A stretch of 10,993 nucleotides of DNA, from positions 1 through 10,993 of the forward strand of contig NW_021827202.1 of the NCBI RefSeq assembly GCF_006345805.1, written 5' to 3'. The notes beneath the pieces were generated by a model. It saw only the letters and a program-made list of their open reading frames with translations. It was not told the DNA's origin and searched no databases. The number at the start of each line of letters is the position of its first letter. The stretch's first letter is position 1. This document shows positions 1-9,833 of this stretch, piece after piece. The translations under genes and the position numbers were made by a program. This DNA is from Octopus sinensis. Its lineage: Eukaryota.

Positions 1-183
1 CCCACCATCGCTTGACAACCGATGTTGGTCTGTAACTTAGCAGTTCGGCAAAAGAGAGTGATAGAATAAGTACTAGGCAGGCTTACAAAGAATAAGTCCT
101 GGGTGAAATTTGTTCGGCTAAAGTTTGTGCTCCAGCATGGGCGCAATCAATTGACTGAAAGAAGTAAAAGAATAAAATAAAAG
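1..183 (+). mobile_element. 3' part of an octopus-type tRNA-derived SINE (5' part lies outside the window)
   Basis: cccaccatcgcttgacaaccgatgttgg...cggcaaaaga...gatagaataagtactagg...ctccagcatgg...tgactgaaagaagtaaaagaataaaataaaag matches, from memory, the 3' half and A-rich tail of an abundant Octopus SINE. Not database-verified. Confidence 0.7.
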
Positions 184-188
184 TATAT

Positions 189-190
<2 letters not shown>

Positions 191-224
<34 letters not shown>

Positions 225-312
225 CGCCTGAACTGTCAAATCCCTCTTGCTCACTCTATATACATGTGTATGTGTGTATGTGTGTGTGTGTATACATACA
301 TACATATATATG
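191..312. repeat. (TG)n microsatellite and mixed TG/TACA tract
   Basis: Direct: TG run 191-221, then a mixed TG/TATG/TACA run ~265-312. Confidence 0.9.
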
Positions 313-408
313 CTTATGCATATATAGGAGATATATAGGTGATTGCTATTCTTATGTAAACGTTAGTGTACTGGTGTAACGGTGAAATCACTGCTTTTAT
401 TACTAAAT

Positions 409-489
409 CTGTGCGTGTGTGTGCATGTGTGCGTTGTGTGTGTGTATGTGTGTGTGTGTGTGTGTGTGGTGTGTGTGTGTGTGTGTGTG
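409..489. repeat. Imperfect (TG)n microsatellite
   Basis: Direct observation. Confidence 0.95.
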
Positions 490-627
490 CTGAACTACTT
501 CTATGGAAGAAAATATCGAAAAAAGCTTCAATTCGCGTATAGCAAATCCAGAATGATATCGCACGACATGTTTTCCCGATATTGATTCGTATTTCCCCAC
601 AAAGAATATTAAAAATAAACCACACAC

Positions 628-631
<4 letters not shown>

Positions 632-669
<38 letters not shown>

Positions 670-693
670 ATATATATTCTAATATATATATAT
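632..693. repeat. (AT)n microsatellite
   Basis: Direct observation. Confidence 0.95.
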
Positions 694-876
694 AACACGC
701 TGCTCCAATATCGCCATTATTCCAGGCAACGAAGGACGACATTAATGAGACTACCAAACGCTTTGCGTCATAGATTTTGAGAAGGTTTTTTTTATAAAGG
801 AAATGATTTTAGATTTAAGATTGGATAACTGCGGTTGGTAATGGAGAGGAATGATAATAATCATAAAAAGAAAATT

Positions 877-1419
877 ACTGTGGAACAATTGTTGAAACAT
901 GTGAAGAAGGCCAGCGTCATTAAAACTGATAATTGTGTAAAAGAAGAAAAATTGAAAGAGGAAAGGAATACAAAAAGTAATAAAAAAACAGAAACAGCAT
1001 ACAGGGGAAAATGTGCGGTCATTTTGCAAGAGATATAAATGCCAAAACAGGTAGAGAAGACCGGTGGTTATGGATGAAGAGGAGTGACCTTAAGATACAG
1101 AAAGCAGCACTTACATGTGGAAACTACGGCGTTCAAACAGCAAAGACGTGGTATGAGAAAACCCCCAGAAGGAGTCACTGAGAATGAAAACTGCAAAATG
1201 TTATGGGATGCAATGATTCAGTACAATCAACTGACCAGACATCGGAAACAGGACATTGTTGTGGTGAAAAAAAAACCCCCAGCATATCCCTCTGACAACA
1301 GGATCAAAGAGAAAAGAGAAGAAAAACTGAACAGCTATGACGATGTGAAGTGAGAAATACGAAGGTTGTGGTCAATGAAGAGAGTAGACGTGATACCAAT
1401 AATATCTGGTGCACTCAAC
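877..1419 (+). pseudogene. Decayed non-LTR retrotransposon (R4/Dong-like clade) ORF C-terminus with restriction-like endonuclease domain
   Basis: Manual translation across frameshifts: frame 1 EQLLKHVKKASVIK..; frame 3 from 999 IQGKMCGHFARDINAKTGREDRWLWMKRSDLKIQKAALTCGNYGVQTAKTWYEK; frame 1 from 1162 PPEGVTENENCKMLWDAMIQYNQLTRHRKQDIVVVKK..AYPSDNRIKEKREEKLNSYDDVK*EIRRLWSMKRVDVIPIISGAL. This follows the known RLE-LINE pattern MHGQF..W.W....L...E..WY...PE.V.EN...K.LWD..IQ....H.RPDIVV..KE.EK..KY..L..EI.RLW....V.P...GALG. Contains two frameshifts, a stop at 1351-1353 and internal deletions. Confidence 0.85.
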
Positions 1420-1449
1420 TACCAACAAAGGCCAAAAAGATTGGTACTA

Positions 1450-1664
1450 GTGTGCAACATGTGCCCTCGTGAGCACCACCAGCAATTTTTTTCTTCTGTC
1501 TTCCCTTCTCGGGATCCTTCCATCTCCTTTGTTTCCGACGAAGAGCTCCGCTCGAAACGTTAGACCCTCCTTCTTCCCTTCTTTCCTGAGCGTCCAATAA
1601 TACTTTATTTGTTCCACGTCCTCGCGTTGCGGTGTTTTTTTTGTGTTTTCTTGTTTGGATTAAC
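1450..1664 (+). mobile_element. Pyrimidine-rich interspersed repeat, probably PLE terminal-repeat derived, carrying a hammerhead-like motif
   Basis: Same layout as 4971-5145: pyrimidine tract, GAGC-loop-GCTC-GAAAC, then ttt..cctgagcgt..aa..atac. Ends at an (AT)n tract. Boundaries approximate. Confidence 0.6.
1531..1565 (+). ncRNA. Degenerate minimal type-I hammerhead ribozyme motif
   Basis: GTTT|CCGACGA A|GAGC tcc GCTC|GAAA CG T T|AGAC. Stem I GUUU/AGAC, core CUGANGA with U4>C, stem II GAGC/GCUC, palindromic ACGU stem III, GUU cleavage triplet. Confidence 0.6.
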
Positions 1665-1676
1665 TATATATATATA

Positions 1677-1724
<48 letters not shown>

Positions 1725-1784
1725 TGTGTGTGTATCTGTGATACACGCATGCATTTATACATACATAGCATATACACATATATA
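1665..1784. repeat. (AT)n / (TG)n / TACA compound microsatellite
   Basis: Direct observation. Confidence 0.9.
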
Positions 1785-1811
1785 ACGGAGTCGGCTGATA
1801 CATAGTCGCTA

Positions 1812-1972
1812 CAGCTGTTAGAAATAGAGATGAAATGTCCCTCAATTCACACACTATACTCTTTAAATGGAAAGGACACATGTTGGACAGTGTAATATCA
1901 AATAGATACCATTTATCAGTAAATAAACCTGGGCTGGTCATGGTTGGAACACCTCTTTTATGCCCAAATCTG
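1812..1972 (+). mobile_element. Diverged fragment of an octopus interspersed repeat (probably SINE 3' region)
   Basis: tagaaatag..aaatgtccctcaattcacac..aaaggacacat..ggctggtcatggttggaa resembles, from memory, a common Octopus repeat. Recognition only. Confidence 0.4.
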
Positions 1973-2014
1973 TAAACATACTTTCATAGATACAAGCATG
2001 GCATGTATATAAAG

Positions 2015-2046
2015 ATATATGTGTGTGTGTGTGTGTTGTGTGTGTA

Positions 2047-2078
<32 letters not shown>

Positions 2079-2097
2079 TGTGTACATATATAATATG

Positions 2098-2139
<42 letters not shown>

Positions 2140-2160
2140 CATTATATATATGTATATATA

Positions 2161-2213
<53 letters not shown>

Positions 2214-2231
2214 TATATATATATATATATA
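2015..2231. repeat. (TG)n followed by long (AT)n microsatellite
   Basis: Direct observation. Confidence 0.95.
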
Positions 2232-2329
2232 ATAATAGAAGTGGAAATAGCAGAAAAGTAAGTCTGCGACATTTCAATTTAAGAGGGAATTTAATAAAAA
2301 TGATTTTAGAAAATTATTATACTAAGAAA

Positions 2330-2367
2330 ATATTACCGGTTTTGATGAATCTCATCTCATCAAATAT
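2330..2367 (-). ncRNA. Degenerate minimal hammerhead motif (left palindrome arm)
   Basis: Reverse complement reads ATAT|TTGATGA|GATG agatt CATC|AAAA CCGG TA|ATAT. Core C3>U and G12>A, palindromic ACCGGU stem III, GUA triplet. Confidence 0.5.
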
Positions 2368-2513
2368 CAGTAAAAATATATAAAAATTTGAACTAAAACC
2401 AGTTTATCTTCTGTCTGGGGTTAATGAACATGTCTGACATGTTCTTGACCTATTCTTGACCCCCAGACAGAAGATAAATTGTTTTCACTTGAAACTTTTA
2501 TAAATTTTTACTG

Positions 2514-2551
2514 ATATTTGATGAGATGAGATACATCAAAACCAGTAATAT
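2514..2551 (+). ncRNA. Degenerate minimal hammerhead motif (right palindrome arm)
   Basis: ATAT|TTGATGA|GATG agata CATC|AAAA CCAG TA|ATAT, the mirror copy of 2330-2367. Confidence 0.5.
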
Positions 2552-2620
2552 TTTCTTTATATAATAATTTTCTAAAATCATTTTTATTACATTCCTCTTG
2601 AATTAAAATGGTTTAGACTT

Positions 2621-2648
2621 CTTCTGTACTATTTCCACCACCGCCATC

Positions 2649-2683
<35 letters not shown>

Positions 2684-2714
2684 GTGATTGTATAGATCTC
2701 CAGTCTTTTTTAAC

Positions 2715-2748
<34 letters not shown>

Positions 2749-2786
2749 GATATTTAAAAAAGACTGGAGATCTATACAATCACATT

Positions 2787-2834
<48 letters not shown>

Positions 2835-2888
2835 ATATATATATATATATATTATATATAAAGGATGGCGGTGGAAATAGTACAGAAG
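2621..2888. repeat. Inverted repeat with (AT)n inside both arms and as spacer
   Basis: cttctgtactatttccacc(acc)gccatccttt-(AT)n-aaatgtgattgtatagatctccagtcttttttaa (2621-2713) versus ttaaaaaagactggagatctatacaatcacattt-(AT)n-aaaggatggcggtggaaatagtacagaag (2754-2888). Confidence 0.95.
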
Positions 2889-2893
2889 TAAGT

Positions 2894-2966
2894 ATAAATA
2901 TGAGAGAGCGACCACTATGTGGTCTACTCTAGTGCTAAAAATAGATCCACTATGGTATAGCCACTA
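2894..2966. repeat. 73-bp inverted copy of 3429-3501
   Basis: Reverse complement of 3429-3501 with two mismatches (gagagagcg vs gagatcgcg) by manual alignment. Its first ~40 nt are also a direct repeat of ~3393-3433. Confidence 0.95.
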
Positions 2967-3040
2967 AAAAATCTTTCCAAGGATAAATAACATAACATTT
3001 AACGTGGGGCAAGTGAAAAATAACGAAAAAATAGATTAAC

Positions 3041-3110
3041 CCTGAACAATTGTTTCATTATTAATGTAAATACAATTTTACTTACACAACATCTATAAAT
3101 CAACAGCAGG
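3041..3110 (-). ncRNA. Degenerate type-I hammerhead motif with long stem II
   Basis: Reverse complement reads CCTG|CTGTTGA|tttatagatgttgTGTAAGTAaaattgTATTTACAttaataat|GAAA CAATTG T T|CAGG. Stem I CCUG/CAGG, core CUGAUGA with A6>U, intact GAAA, palindromic ACAAUUGU stem III. Confidence 0.6.
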
Positions 3111-3287
3111 AGTTTGTCTTAAATACAATTTATTAAATCGCTCGTTATATTTCGACGCAGCGCCAAAATACACGCGCGGTTCGATCAATTGCATTAGTAG
3201 CTATGATTCAAATTTCCCCGCCAAAAGTATGATAAGACTACTGGAAACGAATACCGCATAAAGTATTTACTGCAGTATAATAATTAA

Positions 3288-3601
3288 ATTCATAAATGAG
3301 GGTGAAAAATTTGATATTAATTTAATAATACCATCAATTTAACACCAAGTGGCTTAGCACATAAAAACCGGGGATAGAATACAAATTTATACATAAATAT
3401 GAGAGAGCGACCACTATGTGGTCTACTCTAGTGGCTATACCATAGTGGATCTATTTTTAGCACTAGAGTAGACCACATAGTGGTCGCGATCTCATATTTA
3501 TGTATAAATTTGTATTGTATCCCTGGTTTTTATGTGCTAAGCCACTTAATGATAAATTGATGGTATTATTAAATTAATATCAAATTTTCCACCCTCATTC
3601 A

Positions 3602-3606
<5 letters not shown>
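3288..3606. repeat. ~320 bp inverted repeat (146-bp arms, 27-nt spacer)
   Basis: attcataaatgagggtg...gtggtctactctagtg (3288-3433) is the reverse complement of cactagagtagaccac...caccctcattcatgaat (3461-3606), with scattered mismatches. Spacer 3434-3460. Confidence 0.95.
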
Positions 3607-3639
<33 letters not shown>

Positions 3640-3678
3640 TATGATTTATGCTGTTCCATATTCGATCCTGTTCCTTAG

Positions 3679-3727
3679 GTTCTGAGTTCATATCTTACCT
3701 GTCATACTTTCGGGATCGATAAATAAG
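3679..3727 (+). mobile_element. Highly decayed SINE fragment (same family as 5956-6357)
   Basis: gttctgagttca...tcatactttcgggatcgataaataag aligns with gttctgagttca...tcatcctttcggga..ataaattaag in the reverse complement of ~6225-6290. Confidence 0.55.
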
Positions 3728-3867
3728 GATATGCAAAACTTTTCTAAGCCGTGTTCCAAAATTCTAACAATAAAACTTCTTGCTTTTTAAGAAACCACAT
3801 CCTTCGCATTCTTTAAAAAGAAAAAAAAAACGAAACAGAAAAATATACGTACACATTTATATATACA

Positions 3868-3895
3868 TGTGTGTGTGCCTGTATGTGTATGTGTT

Positions 3896-3939
<44 letters not shown>
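3868..3939. repeat. (TG)n microsatellite
   Basis: Direct observation. Confidence 0.95.
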
Positions 3940-4194
3940 AGTGTTGTAGCTTGCTGATGCTTAAAGTATTGTGATAAGTAAAATAAGGAATAAAATATTC
4001 AACGCGGAGAACTTCTTACAATGCGAAAAAGAATGTTTTACAACTTTTTTTCTTTTAATATTTCAAGCACAAACGCCCATCATCAAGAGTGAACGACGTA
4101 ACGAAATGTTACGAAATAAGTCTGTACAATATCGATCATGCTGATCGTTTGTGTTTGTGCGTTTCAGGCTTGTTTTTTTTCTTTCAGCTTTTCT

Positions 4195-4202
<8 letters not shown>

Positions 4203-4257
<55 letters not shown>

Positions 4258-4266
4258 TGTGTGTGT
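4203..4266. repeat. (TG)n microsatellite
   Basis: Direct observation. Confidence 0.95.
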
Positions 4267-4496
4267 AATTCATGAATGGATTACTTAATCCGACGAACAG
4301 GGTTCCTATTAGAGCAATTTAATGTTGAACTGTTTGTAATTTCGAATAGCGAGAGCCTGGTTAATGCAGAAAGCAATGTAATGGATATCATATGATAGTA
4401 TGGAAAGGATATCTGTCACAAGATATCTAATAGATATCCTTTGACAGAAAATGAAACAGAAACAGAAAAGTTATTATTTTATACACGCTCACACAG

Positions 4497-4969
<473 letters not shown>

Positions 4970-4970
4970 A

Positions 4971-5145
4971 TGCCATGTTGGACCGCTGAACTCTACACTA
5001 TTTTTTTCTCCGTTTTTTCTTTCTCCATTTTTTCCTCTTATTCCTTTCTGCAAACGAGCGTAGGCTCGAAACCTAAAAGGACTTTTCCATTTCCCCTGAG
5101 CGTTAAATTCATACACTTGCTTGTTGTTCTTGTTCCTGCACCTGC
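4971..5145 (+). mobile_element. Pyrimidine-rich interspersed repeat related to 1450-1664, probably PLE-derived
   Basis: Shares GAGC..GCTCGAAAC and the downstream cctgagcgt with the 1450-1664 element. Boundaries approximate. Confidence 0.55.
5043..5080 (+). ncRNA. Strongly degenerate minimal hammerhead motif
   Basis: CCTTT|CTGCAAAC|GAGC gtag GCTC|GAAA CC TA|AAAGG. Perfect 5-bp stem I, 4-bp stem II and GAAA are present; the CUGANGA core is eroded. Confidence 0.5.
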
Positions 5146-5160
5146 TTAAGTTAGTTGTTC

Positions 5161-5161
5161 A

Positions 5162-5216
<55 letters not shown>
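5161..5216. repeat. (TG)n microsatellite
   Basis: Direct observation. Confidence 0.95.
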
Positions 5217-5221
5217 AAAAC

Positions 5222-5398
5222 CAATCCTATTGCAGATGAATTCCAACAATAAAAGTATTTATTGACTCCTAAGGGCCATATGGACCCGACCCCGGTTGAA
5301 GACATCTGTCATAAGCAGTTACTTTAAAAAAAACTATACATTCTACAATCGTTTCAGTCAGATGTTATTTACACTGCTGGGTGTATAAAAGATGATGA

Positions 5399-5432
<34 letters not shown>

Positions 5433-5655
5433 GGTGGTGGTGGTGGTGGTTATGGTGGTATCATCATCCTCATCCTCATCATCATCATCATCTCTTATAT
5501 CCCCCAGCAATGTAAATAACATCTGACTGAAGCGTTTGTTGACTGTAGTCTTTTAACGTAACTGGTTGTGACAGAGGTTCTCAACCCGGGGCCCATATGG
5601 CCCTAAGGAATCAATATAAAAATTTTTTGTTAGAATTTATCTGAGATAAAATTTG
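5222..5655. repeat. Diverged ~430 bp inverted repeat with (GAT)n/(ATC)n inner arms and (GGT)11 spacer
   Basis: cctaagggccatatgg / ccatatggccctaagg; ttcagtcagatgttatttaca / tgtaaataacatctgactgaa; (GAT)n 5391-5417 / (ATC)n ~5460-5492; GGT x11 at 5418-5450. Confidence 0.9.
5572..5655 (+). mobile_element. Possible hAT (Charlie-like) DNA transposon/MITE terminus
   Basis: CAGAGGTTCTCAAC at 5572-5585 resembles the CAGNGGTTCTCAAC termini of hAT-Charlie elements. No partner TIR or 8-bp TSD identified. Confidence 0.4.
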
Positions 5656-5955
5656 TTGTTAATCTACAATACACAAAATATTTCAACAACAGTATCTCTT
5701 ATGATAAAAGGCAGATTTTCTCTGCCTGTGATTATGTTTCTTTTTAATACAATTGTACAATATAGAATTTCTTCAATTGGAATTTACCTATGATTTTTCG
5801 AAGTAGATTCCATTGTGTCATGGCATATAATTTCTTTTCAATTTCACCCCCAATTAAGCAAAAATTCGAGAAAACTAGATATTTTACGATATATTGCTAG
5901 TATTATATATTTTAATGAACACTTGTTAATAATAATGGTTATCATAATATTACAT

Positions 5956-6124
5956 ATTGTTTTCAAATTTTGGCGCAAGGCCAGCAACTTCGGTGGAATG
6001 AGATGAGTCGATCACACCGACCCCAGTAAATGACTGGTACTTATGTTATCGACTCCGAAGCGATTACAAGCAAAGTCATCCTTGGTGGAACTTGAACTCA
6101 GATCGTAAAGACGGATGAAATACC
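5956..6124 (-). mobile_element. 5'-truncated tRNA-derived SINE unit (second monomer of a tandem pair)
   Basis: Reverse complement: ggtatttcatccgtctttacgatctGAGTTCAAGTTCC (B box, 6087-6099)...gtcgataacataagtaccagt...ggccttgcgccaaaatttgaaaacaat. Homologous to the adjacent unit. Confidence 0.8.
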
Positions 6125-6357
6125 TATTTCTTTACTGCCCACCAGGGGGCTAAACACAGAAGGGGACAAACAAGGACAGAGAAACGGATTAAGTCAATTC
6201 ATCGATCCCAGTGCGTAACTGGTACTTAATTTATTGCTCCCGAAAGGATGAAAGGCAAAGTCGACCTCGGCGGAATTTGAACTCAGAACGTAACGGCAGA
6301 CGAAATACCGGTAAGCATTTCGCCCGGCGTGCTAACGTTTCTGCCAACTCGCCGCCT
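6125..6357 (-). mobile_element. Near full-length tRNA-derived SINE
   Basis: Reverse complement begins aggcggcgagTTGGCAGAAACGTTagc (A-box-like, ~6334-6346) and has GAGTTCAAATTCC (B box, 6272-6284), central gactttgcctttcatcctttcggga..aagtaccag and tail ggcagtaaagaaata. Resembles Octopus SINEs from memory. Confidence 0.85.
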
Positions 6358-6397
6358 TAATTATATGGTATATTATGAGACAGAAATATTTTTCGTG

Positions 6398-9300
6398 ACA
6401 TACATACATACATACATACATACAAACATGCATACATACATACATGCATACATACATACATACATACATACATACATACATACATACATACATACATACA
6501 TACATACACACATACATACATACATACATACATACATGCATACATACATACATACATGCATACATACATACATACAAACATGCATACATACATACATACA
6601 TACATACATACATACATACATACATACATACATACATACATACATACATACATACATAGATACATACATACATACATACATACATACATACATACATACA
6701 TACATACATGCATACATACATACATACATGCATACATACATACATACATACAAGCATACATACATGCATACATACATACATACATACATACATACATACA
6801 TGAATACATACATACATACATACATACATACATACATACATACATGCATACATACATACATACATACATACATACATACATGCATACATACATACATACA
6901 TACAAGCATACATACATGCATACATACATACATACATACATACATACATACATGAATACATACATACATACATACATACATACATACATACATACATACA
7001 TACAAACATGCATACATACATACATGCATACATACATACATACATACATACATAACATACATACATACATACATACATACATCATACATACATACATACA
7101 AGATACATACATACATACATACATACATACATACATACATACATACATACATGCATACATACATACATACATGCATACATACATACATACAAACATGCAT
7201 ACATACATACATACATACATACATACATACATACATACATACATACATACATACATACATACATAGATACATACATACATACATACATACATACATACAT
7301 ACATACATACATACATGCATACATACATACATACATGCATACATACATACATACATACAAGCATACATACATGCATACATACATACATACATACATACAT
7401 ACATACATGAATACATACATACATACATAACATACATACATACATGCATACATACATACATACATACATACATACATACATACATACATGCATACATACA
7501 TACATACATACAAGCATACATACATGCATACATACATACTACATACATACATACATACATGAATACATACACATACATACATACATACATACATACATAC
7601 ATGCATACATACATGCATGCATACATACATACATACATACATGCATACATACATACATACATACATACATACATACATACATGCATACATACATACATAC
7701 ATACATACATACATGCATACATACATACATACATACATACATGCATACATACATACATACATACATACATCATACATACATACATACATACATACATGCA
7801 TACATACATACATACATACATACATACATACATACATGCATACATACATACATACATACATACATGCATGCATACATACATACATACATACATACATACA
7901 TACATACATACATACATACATACATACATGAATACATACATACATACATACATACATACATACATACATACATACATGCATACATACATGCATGCATACA
8001 TACATACATACATACATGCATACATACATACATACATACATACATACATACATACATACATACATACATACATACATGCATACATACATACATACATACA
8101 AGCATACATACATGCATACACATCATACATACATACATACATACATACATACATACATGCATACATACATACATACATACATACATACATACATACATAC
8201 ATACATACATACATACATACATACATACATACATGCATACATACATACATACATACAAGCATACATACATGCATACATACATACATACATACATACATAC
8301 ATACATGAATACATACATACATACATACATACATACATACATACATGCATACATACATGCATGCATACATACATACATACATACATACATACATACATAC
8401 ATACATACATACATACATACATACATAATACATACATACATACATACATACATACATGCATACATACATACATACATACATACATACATACATACATACA
8501 TACATACATACATACATACATGCATACATACATACATACATACAAGCATACATACATACATACATACATACATACACACATACATACACAGACATACATA
8601 TATGTATACATACATACATACATACATACATACATACATACATACATACATGCATACATACATGCATGCATACATACATACATACATACATGCATACATA
8701 CATACATACATACATACATACATACATGCATATAGACATACATACATACATACATGCATACATACATACATACATACATACATGCATACATACATACATA
8801 CATACATACATACATACATACATACATACATACATGCATACATACATACATACATACATACATACATACATACATGCATACATACATACATACATACATA
8901 CATGCATGCATACATACATACATACATACATACATACATACATACATACATACATACATACATGAATACATACATACATACATACATACATACATACATA
9001 CATACATGCATACATACATGCATGCATACATACATACATACATACATGCATACATACATACATACATACATACATACATACATACATACATACATACATA
9101 CATGCATACATACATACATACATACAAGCATACATACTGCAGCATACATACATACATACATACATACATACATACATACATACATACATGCATACATACA
9201 TACATACATACATACATACATGCATACATACTACATACATACATACATGCATACATACATACATACATACATACATACATACATACATCATACATACATA

Positions 9301-9764
9301 CATACATACATGCATACATACATACATACATACAAGCATACATACATACATACATACATACATACACACATACATACACAGACATACATATATGTATACA
9401 TACATACATACATACATACATACATACATACATACATACATACATGCATACATACATGCATGCATACATACATACATACATACATGCATACATACATACA
9501 TACATACATACATGCATACATACATACATACATACATGCATACATACATACATACATACATACCTGCATACATACATACATACATACATACATACATACA
9601 TACATGCATACATACATACATACATACATACATACATACATACATACATACATACATACATACATACATACATACATACACTCATACATACATACATACA
9701 TACATACATACATACATACATACATACACTCATACATACATACATACATACATACATACATACA

Positions 9765-9796
<32 letters not shown>

Positions 9797-9804
9797 CATA
9801 TACA
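6398..9804. repeat. ~3.4 kb (TACA)n tetranucleotide array with variant units
   Basis: Direct observation. Variants include TGCA, CAAG, TGAA, AACA, TAGA and CAT indels. Confidence 0.98.
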
Positions 9805-9833
9805 TATATATATAGATATACACACTCACACAA

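Larger units (their letters stand above)
2241..2638. repeat. ~400 bp imperfect palindrome (fold-back) centred on 2435
   Basis: Left arm gtggaaatag...tttatcttctgtctgggg (2241-2420) is the reverse complement of ccccagacagaagataaa...ctatttccac (2461-2638). Centre GAACATGTC-T-GACATGTTC (2426-2444). Confidence 0.95.

Noticed and set aside
2241-3606. CRISPR array or prokaryotic system
   Set aside because: The repeats are inverted rather than regularly spaced direct repeats, there are no cas-like ORFs, and the context is a eukaryotic repeat landscape.
4086-4125. gtgaacgac-GTAAC gaaat GTTAC-GAAA-taagtc, hammerhead-like
   Set aside because: Stem II and GAAA are present, but the core is a poor match and no stem I can form.
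6270-6357. tRNA gene (also 10774-10855)
   Set aside because: A/B boxes are present but I see no full cloverleaf, and the sequence continues into SINE body, so these are SINE heads.
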